DNA of 64,000 nt from the NCBI GenBank assembly GCA_965116925.1, contig OZ220744.1, forward strand, positions 1,600,001 to 1,664,000, given 5' to 3'. This DNA comes from Candidatus Poribacteria bacterium (lineage in GTDB: Bacteria > Poribacteria > WGA-4E > PCPOR2b). Position numbers and translations under genes: made by a program. This document shows positions 49,771-60,128 of this stretch, piece by piece. The notes under the pieces are model-generated. The model saw only the letters and a program-made list of their open reading frames with translations, was not told the DNA's origin and did no database searches. The stretch's first letter is position 1. Each line of letters starts with the position of its first letter.

Positions 49771-51897
49771 TTGGAAAATAGATCTGCATATTTCATATTC
49801 TGTTTATTCGGTATCGTATCTGTCTTTTTTTTCAGCCATCCTTGTGAAGCCGCACCACCGAACCCCTATCTTTTCTACAACTATAATCCTGCTACTAACG
49901 ATTGGACACCGAAGGCACCCGCAAGCGAGACTCAATTCCGCCACGCGTTAGACGGTTGTTGTTTTGTTCGTGAGGAGAGCGTTTTACAAGCAGATGGTAT
50001 CGAGTATGTTCTAGCGATAAAGATTGACTTTTCAGATCAACCCGGTCAGCGACCGGGGGCGGCATTTGATCAGTACCTCTTCGCAGACGAAGGTATTTCG
50101 CTGAAAACCTACTACAGGGAAGTTTCTTACGGACAGATGGACATACAGCCCGGACCGATGGGGGGAGCCCTTCCGAAAGGCAACCGGTGGATTCGTGCAC
50201 AAAATCCGATGAGTTATTATGGTGAGGGACAGATTAACGTCAGGCGTTCCCAAGAACTTGTCCGTGAAGCGTGTGTAGCGGTAGATGATATGGTTGATTT
50301 TTCGGCTTATGACCGTGACAAAGACGGTGTGGTTGACCACGTTTTTATTATCCATTCAGGAGATGATCAAGCCTCGACTGTAGAAATGAACGATATCTGG
50401 TCAATCTTGACCCCGGATATCAATAGAACCTTTGATGGTGTATGGGTAAGCACGGCGGTTCTAGTTGGCGAGGAACCCAGTTTCGATACGCCACACCTTG
50501 GCATCTACTTTCACGAATTCTTCCACGATTTCGGTGCCCCCGACGTATATGGTGGAAATTTTTTAGGTCCTCGCGATCATAAATGGGGACTGATGGGACA
50601 GCTGGGGCCCTATCAAGGCGAAATCGTTGATGGGATTGGGAATGGATTACAACCAAGTCATATCAGTGGTTATCTAAAATGGGACTTTGATGCACGGCCC
50701 GAAAACGGACGTCTCGGTTGGATTCAACCCGTTGAGATTCGGGAGAATGTTGCCAACCTGCCGATACCGAGTTTCGAGTTGCCACCGCAGGACAATAAGC
50801 TCTTCAAAATTGACATTCCCGGAAAAATTAACAAATTTGGAGATAGCACAGAATTTTTCCTGATTGAAAACCGCTATCGAGAGTCGGGAGCACTGTTTGA
50901 TACCCGTCTGCCCGAGTCCGGAATTCTCATCTGGCATATTGATGAAACAGATGTACGGCCTCCCGGAGCGATCGATGCTGCAAGTCAAATTTGGCTTGAG
51001 GATCCGAATGACCCCAAGCATTTTGGTATCCCTCCTGATAATCCGAATAACATAGATATCCGCACTATTACGGATGGTGCTGCATATTCCGCTGATGACA
51101 ATGAAACATCTTTTACCGCTTCGACCCTTCCTAACAGCAGTGCAAATGATGGGACAATCTCGAAAATTTCTATCACAAATATCGGTTTTGAGGGACAGGA
51201 GATGACAATCTCCGTTGCGTTTGGAGATACCTATGAGCCGAATAATGATTTGACCGAGGCTTTTCCCATTGAATTTGACCAAACCTATGAATCCTTTATC
51301 GCCGATGAAAAAGATGAGCGAGATCTCTATCAATTCAATGCGATACCGGGAGAAGCAATCGTAGCTACCTTAACCAGCAACTCGGATACGGTTGACTATC
51401 GATTGTCTATACTTGATAGAAGCGGTCAGTCTATTGCTGCTGCAGAGTGGGTTGAAGTCACAGAACTACAGGTTGTCTTTCAGCCAGAGAGCGCGGATAC
51501 ATATTTTGTTTCAGTCAGATCCCTATCTGGATTCAGCGAAGTGGATTCATACCGTTTGACTGTCAATGCGGTTGAAACGCGATCTGGGCAGCTGAAATTG
51601 ACAAAAGTCCGTGCCTTTCCGAATCCGATGCGTGTGGGGCACCGTGAAATAATCTTCTCCTACACAATCTCTGGCTTCCAACTAGCTGAAGAAGTGGAAA
51701 TAAAAATCTACAATATCGCTGGCGATCTGGTCCACGCGGAGGCCCGCCAGAATGTCATCGGATCTGGTCAATTCCGTTGGAATGGTAGGAATGCGGGTAA
51801 TGAGACACTCGCTACCGGGATTTATATTTTTGCAATCTCCGCGACTCAAGGCGGAAAGATGATTCAGGAAATTGGAAAAATTGGTTTGGTCAGGTAA
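49771..51897 (+). CDS. M6-family (immune inhibitor A-like) metalloprotease with PPC and FlgD-like C-terminal domains
   Basis: DFSAYDRDKDG.VD, HEFFHDFG.PD, EFFLIENR, GILIWHID, DTYEPNN, FPNP...WNGRN...GIY. Confidence 0.85.
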   Translation: MENRSAYFIFCLFGIVSVFFFSHPCEAAPPNPYLFYNYNPATNDWTPKAPASETQFRHALDGCCFVREESVLQADGIEYVLAIKIDFSDQPGQRPGAAFDQYLFADEGISLKTYYREVSYGQMDIQPGPMGGALPKGNRWIRAQNPMSYYGEGQINVRRSQELVREACVAVDDMVDFSAYDRDKDGVVDHVFIIHSGDDQASTVEMNDIWSILTPDINRTFDGVWVSTAVLVGEEPSFDTPHLGIYFHEFFHDFGAPDVYGGNFLGPRDHKWGLMGQLGPYQGEIVDGIGNGLQPSHISGYLKWDFDARPENGRLGWIQPVEIRENVANLPIPSFELPPQDNKLFKIDIPGKINKFGDSTEFFLIENRYRESGALFDTRLPESGILIWHIDETDVRPPGAIDAASQIWLEDPNDPKHFGIPPDNPNNIDIRTITDGAAYSADDNETSFTASTLPNSSANDGTISKISITNIGFEGQEMTISVAFGDTYEPNNDLTEAFPIEFDQTYESFIADEKDERDLYQFNAIPGEAIVATLTSNSDTVDYRLSILDRSGQSIAAAEWVEVTELQVVFQPESADTYFVSVRSLSGFSEVDSYRLTVNAVETRSGQLKLTKVRAFPNPMRVGHREIIFSYTISGFQLAEEVEIKIYNIAGDLVHAEARQNVIGSGQFRWNGRNAGNETLATGIYIFAISATQGGKMIQEIGKIGLVR

Positions 51898-52038
51898 AAA
51901 GTCCCTCCTAGCGCAATTCGAGTTGAAAGTGGTGTGTAAGGACTGATTTCGCTTGGAAAACTTGGTGATTGTGTGATAATCTTGAACAAGCTCCGTAAGC
52001 GCATCCAATAGATATTTAGGAAACCACAAGGAATTCAG

Positions 52039-53043
52039 ATGAACATTCTTGGAATTGAAACTTCGTGTGATGAAACCGCGGCGGCGGTCGTTACTGACGG
52101 CAGAAAAATCCGATCTAATATTGTTGCCTCACAGATAAAACTCCACGCAAAGTATGGCGGGATTGTGCCTGAACTCGCCTCTCGGAAACATGTCGAAACG
52201 ATTAACTATATTGTCGATCAATCAATGGTTGAAGCCGATCTACGGTTCGATGACCTTGAGGCAATCGCTGTGACAAACCGCCCCGGCTTGATTGGTGCCC
52301 TTCTCGTTGGGGTTGCCGCTGCAAAGTCGCTGGCATATTGCCATAATCTACCACTTCTGGGGATCAACCACATTGAGGGGCATATCTACGCAAACTTCAT
52401 GGAACATGAAACCTTACCTTTCCCGCATGTCTGTCTCACTGTTTCGGGGGGACACACCCTTTTGGTGGAAGTTCAAGAGGGTTGGAAATATGAGATTCTC
52501 GGCACAACCCAAGATGATGCCGCCGGTGAAGCGTACGATAAGGTCGCCCAATATCTCGGACTTGGCTTCCCCGGCGGTAAAATAATTGATGATCTGGCGA
52601 AAGAGGGCGACAGTAACGCAATCCAATTTCCGCGTCCGATGCTTGATCGTGACAACTACCAATTTAGTTTCAGTGGAATTAAAACCGCTGTCCGTTTCTT
52701 TGTAGAAAAAGCGAATACGGTGGGAACTTTGCCACCGATTGTGGACATCGCAGCAAGCTTTCAGGCAGCGGTTGTGGATGTACTTGTCGGGAAAACCATC
52801 CGAGCGGCGAAAGCGAAGAACTTTAAGGCAATTACTTTGACGGGAGGTGTCGCAGCGAACCGCCAGCTGCGCGAATCAATGCGTGAGGCGGGCGCAGAAA
52901 TTGGTGCGGAAGTTTACTATCCGCCGATTCAACTTTGCACCGACAACGGTGCGATGATTGCCGGAGTTGCTTACCATAAGTATCAAGAGGGGTTAAGAGA
53001 CGCCCTTGACCTGAATGCCTCTGCTTCTGGATCTATTGTGTGA
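52039..53043 (+). CDS. tsaD: tRNA N6-adenosine threonylcarbamoyltransferase
   Basis: GIETSCDET, VPELASRKH, NHIEGH, VSGGHT, DDAAGEAYDK, SFSG.KT, TDNGAMI. Confidence 0.97.
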   Translation: MNILGIETSCDETAAAVVTDGRKIRSNIVASQIKLHAKYGGIVPELASRKHVETINYIVDQSMVEADLRFDDLEAIAVTNRPGLIGALLVGVAAAKSLAYCHNLPLLGINHIEGHIYANFMEHETLPFPHVCLTVSGGHTLLVEVQEGWKYEILGTTQDDAAGEAYDKVAQYLGLGFPGGKIIDDLAKEGDSNAIQFPRPMLDRDNYQFSFSGIKTAVRFFVEKANTVGTLPPIVDIAASFQAAVVDVLVGKTIRAAKAKNFKAITLTGGVAANRQLRESMREAGAEIGAEVYYPPIQLCTDNGAMIAGVAYHKYQEGLRDALDLNASASGSIV

Positions 53044-53099
53044 AATGCAAGACCTAATGTCCAAAATCTTAAAACTGAATACTTGAACCTCTGAATATT

Positions 53100-53705
53100 A
53101 TGAACCAATTCGATGATTTATATATCAATCAAGCTATTACAATTTTGAAAGGTGGCGGTGTCGTAGCCTTCCCAACCGACACGGTGTACGGTGTCGGCGT
53201 AGATCCCTTTCAACCTAGCGCAGTGCAAAAGCTATATCAAATTAAAGGTAGGCCTATCGACAAACCAATTCCAATCTTGGTGGGATCCGTTGCCGACGTT
53301 GAACGCGTCGCTCAAAATCTGCCACCAACCTTTTCCCAACTTGCCGACCAGTTCTGGCCCGGAGAACTCACACTGATTGTCGAAGCAAAATCGCTACCGC
53401 CCGAAATTACGGCGGGTGGGGATACAGTTGGTGTCCGTATGCCAGACCATCCATTAGCACTCGCGCTTCTTCAGCGTTTTGGTGGTGCGATTGCGACAAC
53501 TAGCGCAAACAAATCTGACGAGCCACCAGCCACCTCTGCAGCGGAAGTCCGATCTGTGCTTGGTGAACTTATCGGTATTATTCTTGATGGTGGTCATACA
53601 ACAACCAGAATAGCCTCAACCGTTTTAGACCTTGCCGTGTCGCCTCCGCAAATTAGACGACAAGGAGGTATCTCAATGAATCAGCTTGCTCCTTTTATAT
53701 ACTGA
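53100..53705 (+). CDS. tsaC: L-threonylcarbamoyladenylate synthase (YrdC/Sua5 family)
   Basis: AFPTDTVYG, KGRP, FWPG.LT, VRMP, TSAN, STV. Confidence 0.93.
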   Translation: MNQFDDLYINQAITILKGGGVVAFPTDTVYGVGVDPFQPSAVQKLYQIKGRPIDKPIPILVGSVADVERVAQNLPPTFSQLADQFWPGELTLIVEAKSLPPEITAGGDTVGVRMPDHPLALALLQRFGGAIATTSANKSDEPPATSAAEVRSVLGELIGIILDGGHTTTRIASTVLDLAVSPPQIRRQGGISMNQLAPFIY

Positions 53706-53932
53706 CGCAAGTTGCTAGTTGAAAAACACCGTTAAAAAATCCTCAGAATTTTCATAGTTTTCATAGTTTTTGAAAAAATGTCCTAAAGATAAATAAAATG
53801 GAGAATCCGTGCTATGACTGGGTTCTGAGCATTTTGTACAAGAAGATGCTCAGACATTACTATGAAATTTTGGTGATTCTCTTAACACAAATTGCACATA
53901 CATATCGAAAATATCTGATTAGGAGTTTAACT

Positions 53933-54754
53933 ATGGAAATTTCCCTTGCCGGTTGGAGTATCAACCGCCGTTTCAGAAATCAGGACGCCCCGCTGTCTCT
54001 ACTCGATTATCCGCAACTTTCACGCGATGAATTCGACATCAATGCAGTGGAATTAAACAGTCCTTTCTTTACCTACCAGGACCCGGACAATCCCGCACAA
54101 AGTGGAATTTCCGATGCGTATGTCGACGAGTTACGCCGCCGAGCCGATAGTGCTAGCGTGAGGTTGCTCAGTATCGCCGTTGATGGTCACGGTAACCTAT
54201 CCGCCCTCGACGAGACTGAGCGAAGGCAAGCGGTACAGAATCACAAGAAATGGTTTGGTATTTGCCAGAAACTGGGTTGCAATGCTTTTCGAGCGAATAG
54301 CGGGGGCAGCCATGGTGCTGATGCAACAGAGGCGGAGATTGAGCAGTGCATCAAGAGTTTTCAGGAACTCGCGACTATTGGGGAAGATACAGGTATTCGT
54401 GTGATGATGGAAAATCATGGCGGTGTTTCAGTTTCACCGGATAACATTGTGCAGGTTATAGAAGCGGTGGACAGCGCATATTGCCGTGTACTTGCGGACT
54501 TCCTCAATTGGAGACCGGAGGACGATAAGGTAGAGAACTTGCAAGCGGTCGCGCCTTATACTTGGGCAACCCATGCGAAATTCCTCAGTTTTGATGAAAA
54601 TGGCGAGTCGAACGAAATTGACTGCAAGCGTGTCATGGAAATCTTTAAGGCGGCAGGATATACCAATCCGTTTGGCATTGAGTACGAAGGTCAAACAGAC
54701 GATCACGCGGGGGTGATTAAGAGCAAGGTACTCATCGAGCGATATGCGTATTAA
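53933..54754 (+). CDS. Sugar phosphate isomerase/epimerase (xylose isomerase-like TIM barrel)
   Basis: MENHGG, DFLNW, THAK, IEYEG; start at MEISL (RBS AGGAG). Confidence 0.85.
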   Translation: MEISLAGWSINRRFRNQDAPLSLLDYPQLSRDEFDINAVELNSPFFTYQDPDNPAQSGISDAYVDELRRRADSASVRLLSIAVDGHGNLSALDETERRQAVQNHKKWFGICQKLGCNAFRANSGGSHGADATEAEIEQCIKSFQELATIGEDTGIRVMMENHGGVSVSPDNIVQVIEAVDSAYCRVLADFLNWRPEDDKVENLQAVAPYTWATHAKFLSFDENGESNEIDCKRVMEIFKAAGYTNPFGIEYEGQTDDHAGVIKSKVLIERYAY

Positions 54755-54812
54755 CCTCAAAAGGTAGACACTATTATGAACCACTCTCCGCAGCGGGTAG
54801 AGAAATAAAAAA

Positions 54813-55220
54813 ATGACCGATTTTAGTACAAAATGCTTGCCGGACACCTCTGATGCTATCGCCCCGGACGGCTCGGAGGTGCGTGTTTTACTGGAACTCG
54901 CAGGGGGTGGAATGGCTCACTTTGAGCTCGCACCGGGAGAAACGTCAACTGCGGTCGCCCACCGGACCGTTGAAGAAATCTGGTTTTTCTTAGGCGGTCG
55001 TGGCGAAATGTGGCGGAAGCAAGATCAGAACGAAGAGGTGGTCCCGGTGCATTCCGGCATCTGTATTACAATCCCCCTTGGAACTCACTTCCAATTCAGA
55101 GCCTTTGGTCATGAGCCTTTGGCAGCGGTTGGAGTGACCATGCCCCCTTGGCCCGGTGAGTACGAAGCTTATGTCGTCGAGGGAAAATGGGAGGCAACCG
55201 TCCCGCGAAAATCCAGATAA
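54813..55220 (+). CDS. Cupin domain protein
   Basis: APDGSEVR, HRTVEEIW, IPLGTHFQFR, TMPPWP. Confidence 0.85.
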   Translation: MTDFSTKCLPDTSDAIAPDGSEVRVLLELAGGGMAHFELAPGETSTAVAHRTVEEIWFFLGGRGEMWRKQDQNEEVVPVHSGICITIPLGTHFQFRAFGHEPLAAVGVTMPPWPGEYEAYVVEGKWEATVPRKSR

Positions 55221-55327
55221 TTCGACACGGTTGAGGTTTACGGCACCACTGCTTAATCTCATGTTCGACCATCAATAGATATAAACATACTAAACAGTCT
55301 CAAGGAAAGGAAACCATCGGATAAACT

Positions 55328-56440
55328 ATGTCAACAATCCATACTAAGCTCAAGATCGGTGCTGCCTCAGATGTTGCAATGTCACAGGATGCACTTTTGC
55401 AGGCGGAAGCCATCCTCCAATCTGAAATTACGAATCGGCGAATCACCGCAGCAGCATTAACTGTGGCACGCAATCAGACGATTGTCCACTCAAAAGGCTA
55501 TGGGCATCTGGCACCTGAAGCGGATTCAGATCCAGTCAAACCAGATTCCGTTTTCCTGCTAGCATCAATTACCAAGCCGGTTACAGCTTGTGCCTTGATG
55601 TTGCTGGTCGATCAAGGGCAAGTCTCCCTCGACGATCCGGTGTCCCTTTATTTGCCAGAGTTTCAAGGTGGGGAACGCTATAAGGTGCGCGTCCGCTATC
55701 TGCTATCACACATTTCGGGTATGCCGGACATGCTGCCTGAAAATATAGAGTTACGGCGTACTCACGCGCCATTAAGTGAGTTCGTCCGCCGTGCGACTCA
55801 AACACCACTACTCTACTCACCCAATACAGATTTTAGTTACCAGAGTAAAGGTATTCTGTTAGCATCGGAGATTGTAGAACGGATTACAGGGAAGCGTCTG
55901 CGAGATTTTGAAGAAGCAGAGATCTTCCAACCACTTGGAATGACGAATACCGCATTGGGGCTTGGGCGGTTTAAGATTCCCGAAACAGTCTGGTGTGGAA
56001 CATCTATGGAGGAAACCGAAGACCAGCAGCGTTTCGGGCCAAATAGTCCTTATTGGCGCGATTTAGGCAATCCGTGGGGCGGGATACACAGCACCGGACC
56101 AGATCTCGCTATCCTACTACAGGCGATGCTCAATGGCGGTGGATATGCAGGAAGGCGTGTCTTTAGCCAGGCTGCGGCCAAAGCAATGACAACGGATCAG
56201 AACGGAACGCTGAATGCACCGTGGGGATTGGGTTGGGGATTGGCAGGCTCAAAGGCGTGGAACTACTTTGGTGAACTCGTCTCCCCGACAACCTTTGGTC
56301 ACACCGGCGCAACTGGCACAGTGGCATGGGCAGATCCCGAACAACAACTGCTATGTGTGATTTTGACAAATCAGATGGTGGATAACGGGAGTCTACTCCG
56401 GCGGGTTTCCAACGTGGTTGCATCCGCTGTTGTTCGTTAA
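55328..56440 (+). CDS. Serine hydrolase, beta-lactamase/AmpC-like family
   Basis: FLLASITK (SxxK), LLSHISG, YQS, FGHTG. Confidence 0.9.
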   Translation: MSTIHTKLKIGAASDVAMSQDALLQAEAILQSEITNRRITAAALTVARNQTIVHSKGYGHLAPEADSDPVKPDSVFLLASITKPVTACALMLLVDQGQVSLDDPVSLYLPEFQGGERYKVRVRYLLSHISGMPDMLPENIELRRTHAPLSEFVRRATQTPLLYSPNTDFSYQSKGILLASEIVERITGKRLRDFEEAEIFQPLGMTNTALGLGRFKIPETVWCGTSMEETEDQQRFGPNSPYWRDLGNPWGGIHSTGPDLAILLQAMLNGGGYAGRRVFSQAAAKAMTTDQNGTLNAPWGLGWGLAGSKAWNYFGELVSPTTFGHTGATGTVAWADPEQQLLCVILTNQMVDNGSLLRRVSNVVASAVVR

Positions 56441-56463
56441 TATCAAGGGACGGAGAAACCTTT

Positions 56464-58170
56464 ATGACTTTAATCGACTGGCTGCTCGTCTTAGCGATCA
56501 ATGGTGGCATTGTCCTGTATGGGGTCATTGTCTTCAGAGGACAGCGCGAGAGTTTTGACTGGTATCTAGCAGCCAAATCTATGCCGTGGTGGATTGTCGG
56601 GCTATCTGCTTTCTCGACGGCGGTAGATAGCGGTGATTACGTGGCGATTGTGGGTGGCTCCTACACGCTCGGACTATCTCAGCTGTCCCAATGGTGGCTG
56701 GGGATTGCCGTGGGCTGGTTCGTCCTGAGTTTCTTCGCCATTGTGCCGATGTATCGCTCTGGCGTATTCACCAATGCGGAGTGGCTTGAATTCCGTTTCG
56801 GTCCCGCAGCCCGATTTCTTTCCGTCCTGATCAACATTCAATCCCGGACCAATGTATTAGGCAACATCTTCTTTTCCACCTTTCTGGTCCTTAATATCGT
56901 GGCAGATATCGAGAAGGTCTGGAGTTGGCTGATTGTGGTCGCCGTTGCGTTTACCGCAATTCTGTATATCGTCCGGGGCGGCTTGAAGGCGGGAGTTGTT
57001 ACCGACGCGCTGCAGAGTGTCAGCATGATTGTTGCAGCTTTTGTTCTCTGGGGTGTGGTGTGGGTGAATGCCGGCGGCTGGAAGGGACTAAATCAAAAAC
57101 TTGCTAAGATAGATGCGGACTTGCCTGAAACCCTACTACATGTCGGCGGATATTCGCCGCCTGGGGTGCCTCCCCTTCTGGTCGTCTTTGGGCTTATCGT
57201 AGTATTAACGATGTATGTGTTGATTAATCAATACGAAACCATCCGATTTTTGGGGGCGCGTTCCGAATGGGATTTTAAGATGGCAGCTCTAGTTGCCAGC
57301 GTCGCAACGGCGGTCTGTCTATGGTTTAACGTGAGTTTAGGTCCTCTAGCGCGCGCAGATTTCCCCGCATTAGAGATGAGCGATCAAGCCTATCCCCTGA
57401 TGCTCAAAAGTTATCTTCCTACGGGCTTAATCGGCTTGGTGCTTGCCGGGTTGGTAGCTGGAGGATACTCAACCTTTGATTCCATCGGCATCGGTATCTC
57501 AAGCCTTTTTGTCCGGGACATCTATGCCCGCTTCATTGTGAAAAATGGTTCCGATGCTCACTATACGCGAGTCGGCAGAATAGCCGTTCCTTTTATCATT
57601 CTACTTGGGTTTCTGTATGTACCGTTTCTTAAAGGTGGAATGGTACTGTTCTATCTGCGTCTGGCTGGAGCGATCCAAGTGCCACTCATGACGGTTATAC
57701 TGATGGGTGTTTTTACACGGGTTCATCGTGGGACCGGCATCATCGGTCTTGCAATAGGGCTGATTTACGGTATCTCGGCGATTATAGCGGACGCGAAGGG
57801 TTGGGCACTACCTGTTTGGTATACCAACACGTGGTGGGCTTATTTGTGGAATCTGATACTGCCGGCGGGGAGTATGCTGATTGCTTCAAAGGTGATGAAT
57901 CTGTTGCGTGGTCCTATCAAGGAAGAAGAAATAAAAGGTTTGGTCTATGCCCACGACGAGGCAACGGCGGATCTCCGAGAATTGATGGCGAGTCGTTTGA
58001 AAGTGCTGGAAGGTACATGGTTGCAAAAAACATTACGAGAAGCACCAATTCGACCAAAATATCCTTTTGAAGTACCGGATACGGGTCTACGTTGGTTCCA
58101 ACGTCCGGGGGTGTGGGCAATTATCTACCTCGCTATCGCTTGTTATCTGCTCTTTATCCTACTCTGGTGA
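56464..58170 (+). CDS. Sodium:solute symporter family transporter
   Basis: MPWWIVGLS, EWLEFRFG, GGLKA.V.TD.LQ, PTGLIGL, RDIY; ~14 TM segments. Confidence 0.9.
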   Translation: MTLIDWLLVLAINGGIVLYGVIVFRGQRESFDWYLAAKSMPWWIVGLSAFSTAVDSGDYVAIVGGSYTLGLSQLSQWWLGIAVGWFVLSFFAIVPMYRSGVFTNAEWLEFRFGPAARFLSVLINIQSRTNVLGNIFFSTFLVLNIVADIEKVWSWLIVVAVAFTAILYIVRGGLKAGVVTDALQSVSMIVAAFVLWGVVWVNAGGWKGLNQKLAKIDADLPETLLHVGGYSPPGVPPLLVVFGLIVVLTMYVLINQYETIRFLGARSEWDFKMAALVASVATAVCLWFNVSLGPLARADFPALEMSDQAYPLMLKSYLPTGLIGLVLAGLVAGGYSTFDSIGIGISSLFVRDIYARFIVKNGSDAHYTRVGRIAVPFIILLGFLYVPFLKGGMVLFYLRLAGAIQVPLMTVILMGVFTRVHRGTGIIGLAIGLIYGISAIIADAKGWALPVWYTNTWWAYLWNLILPAGSMLIASKVMNLLRGPIKEEEIKGLVYAHDEATADLRELMASRLKVLEGTWLQKTLREAPIRPKYPFEVPDTGLRWFQRPGVWAIIYLAIACYLLFILLW

Positions 58171-58181
58171 AAGGAGCCGCA

Positions 58182-58379
58182 ATGGAAAATTCAGAAGACA
58201 CTAAGAAAGCCAAGCAATTTGAGCGGTTGTACACAGCCATCCTTGTGCTGCTCGTGGCGATTTTGCTGTTGATCTCTATCTTTTATACACCGCGTCTATG
58301 GCTCGTAAAAGTTGGTATTGCCGTGATACTTATCGGTGTCGGTGCGTTCTTTGGTCACAGATACCTACGCGAGCGGTGA
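58182..58379 (+). CDS. Small two-TM membrane protein
   Basis: RBS AAGGAG then MENSED..., two hydrophobic helices; follows the symporter. Confidence 0.6.
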   Translation: MENSEDTKKAKQFERLYTAILVLLVAILLLISIFYTPRLWLVKVGIAVILIGVGAFFGHRYLRER

Positions 58380-58432
58380 CCTGTTGACTCAACCGCAAAA
58401 ACCATCTGAATTAGACCCTCCTTGCTTTGGGG

Positions 58433-59560
58433 CTACCGGAACCAGTCATAATTGAGCCCCAAAGATCTATCTGCTAACGGTAGATCTACCCGCACACCTC
58501 CCTGTGCAGAGGACTGCTTTAGCGCGATTTCGACCTCAATTGCTACGGCAACCCTCCTGCCCGAGTTTTTAGGCTCATCTAGCCTACCTTCTATGCAATC
58601 TATGACATCCGCCAATCCGTAGATTGATCCGTAGGGACCAACAAACTGCGGATCGGGCCACGGTGTTTCCACCCTGTTGATGCCGGAAACTGTTTCGATA
58701 TCTTGCCATAGCTTAAATCCGGTCGCCATTGTGGGAATAACTATCTCGCCGCTCGTGCCAGTTAAGCGCAAATGTGGTGCACCCGGTCGAAAATAAACCA
58801 CCAAGTCACTTTTCGTAACCATCATCCCTTGACCGGCGAATTCATCGCTGCCGCCGGGGCCGCTGAATTCATCAGTGCCAGTACCACGGCGCTCCTGATC
58901 ACCGATACCAATAACCCACGCAGGATCGCTATCTAAAAAGTAAGACCAGCTCTGGTGTTGTGCGCCAGGCCGCGGTGCTTCGATGGAAATCAGATTACCA
59001 ATTGCGCCATTGGTAGCCAATTCCTTTGCTTTCGCAAATGATGGATGAGTCGTCGAAATGGAACCACAGTTAAGTGGCACACCGGCATCGGCACATACGT
59101 TGACCATCCGGTCAGCCTCCTCAAGGGTGTGTGCCATTGGTTTGGCTGTTACAATCCCCTTTGCGCCGTTCTCAACCGCCAAACAGGTCAAATCAGCGCG
59201 TCCCTTGACGTTCGTGGCTACAGCGACGATATCAAGCTTTTCAGTACGCAGCATTTCAACCGCATCGGTATAGAGCGCGCTGATATCGTAGCGTTCCTTA
59301 AATGCCTTTAACCGTTTCTGGTCGCGATCCGCCGCGGCGACCAAGTCTACCTCCGGACGATTCCAAAACGCCTCCGCATAACTGGTGGGTAGACCTTCTT
59401 TCCCGGGGTGAGCATGATGATAGATTTTGCGATGAATCTCCAAGTCGGGCGTAGGGCGATCAACGTCATCAATGTTGAAAAAGTCACCAATCCGATCCGC
59501 CATATCGTAGAGCATTCCCATCCAACCTAGACCAATCACTCCTGCACGATATTTTGCCAT
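58433..59560 (-). CDS. Gfo/Idh/MocA family oxidoreductase
   Basis: GVIGLGWMG, LDIVAVAT, AKPMA (EKP variant). Confidence 0.85.
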   Translation of the reverse strand: MAKYRAGVIGLGWMGMLYDMADRIGDFFNIDDVDRPTPDLEIHRKIYHHAHPGKEGLPTSYAEAFWNRPEVDLVAAADRDQKRLKAFKERYDISALYTDAVEMLRTEKLDIVAVATNVKGRADLTCLAVENGAKGIVTAKPMAHTLEEADRMVNVCADAGVPLNCGSISTTHPSFAKAKELATNGAIGNLISIEAPRPGAQHQSWSYFLDSDPAWVIGIGDQERRGTGTDEFSGPGGSDEFAGQGMMVTKSDLVVYFRPGAPHLRLTGTSGEIVIPTMATGFKLWQDIETVSGINRVETPWPDPQFVGPYGSIYGLADVIDCIEGRLDEPKNSGRRVAVAIEVEIALKQSSAQGGVRVDLPLADRSLGLNYDWFR

Positions 59561-59602
59561 GTTTAGTTCTCCTTGTAGTATGCACCACTGATTATTGATG
59601 CT

Positions 59603-59989
59603 TTACGATTCACCTTCTGTTTCTAGCATCATCGCAGCAAACGTCATAACATCTTCTTGGAAAGCCTCCGTAAAATCCTCCGCTCGTTTTTTTTCTGCAA
59701 ACCGGTTGAATACCGTTTCTAATGCTTGGAGGAATTCCTCTGACAATCCTTCATCTTCCGCCTGCTGCTTCATCTGTTGAAGGATTGTCATCTTAGCTGC
59801 TTCTTCTCGTTCTGCTTGCACTTCCTGTATTGATTTGTCAAACGTAACCCGAAGTGTTTCAACGATATGATATGCCATGGAACGGTTATACTTCTGAGAG
59901 TCCCGTTTTGCACCATCATAAATATCAAGAGGTAGCAATAGGCTTATCTGCTTTTTTAGAGAATCTTTAGGTTGGCGATATTCTTTCAT
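59603..59989 (-). CDS. Hypothetical protein, possible N-terminal ribbon-helix-helix (Arc-like) DNA-binding domain
   Basis: KQISLLLPLDIYD...NRSMAYHIV..L pattern followed by acidic helical tail. Confidence 0.4.
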   Translation of the reverse strand: MKEYRQPKDSLKKQISLLLPLDIYDGAKRDSQKYNRSMAYHIVETLRVTFDKSIQEVQAEREEAAKMTILQQMKQQAEDEGLSEEFLQALETVFNRFAEKKRAEDFTEAFQEDVMTFAAMMLETEGES

Positions 59990-60128
59990 TGGAACCCTCG
60001 AAACTATTGGGGTTGAAAGTACGCATTATAAATAATATGTGAGTTGCTGTGAATAGTATATCATTAATACGTGCAGGTGTCCAGTAAAATTATTTTCAGA
60101 GAAATAGCATGTCCTATATTCGGACATA

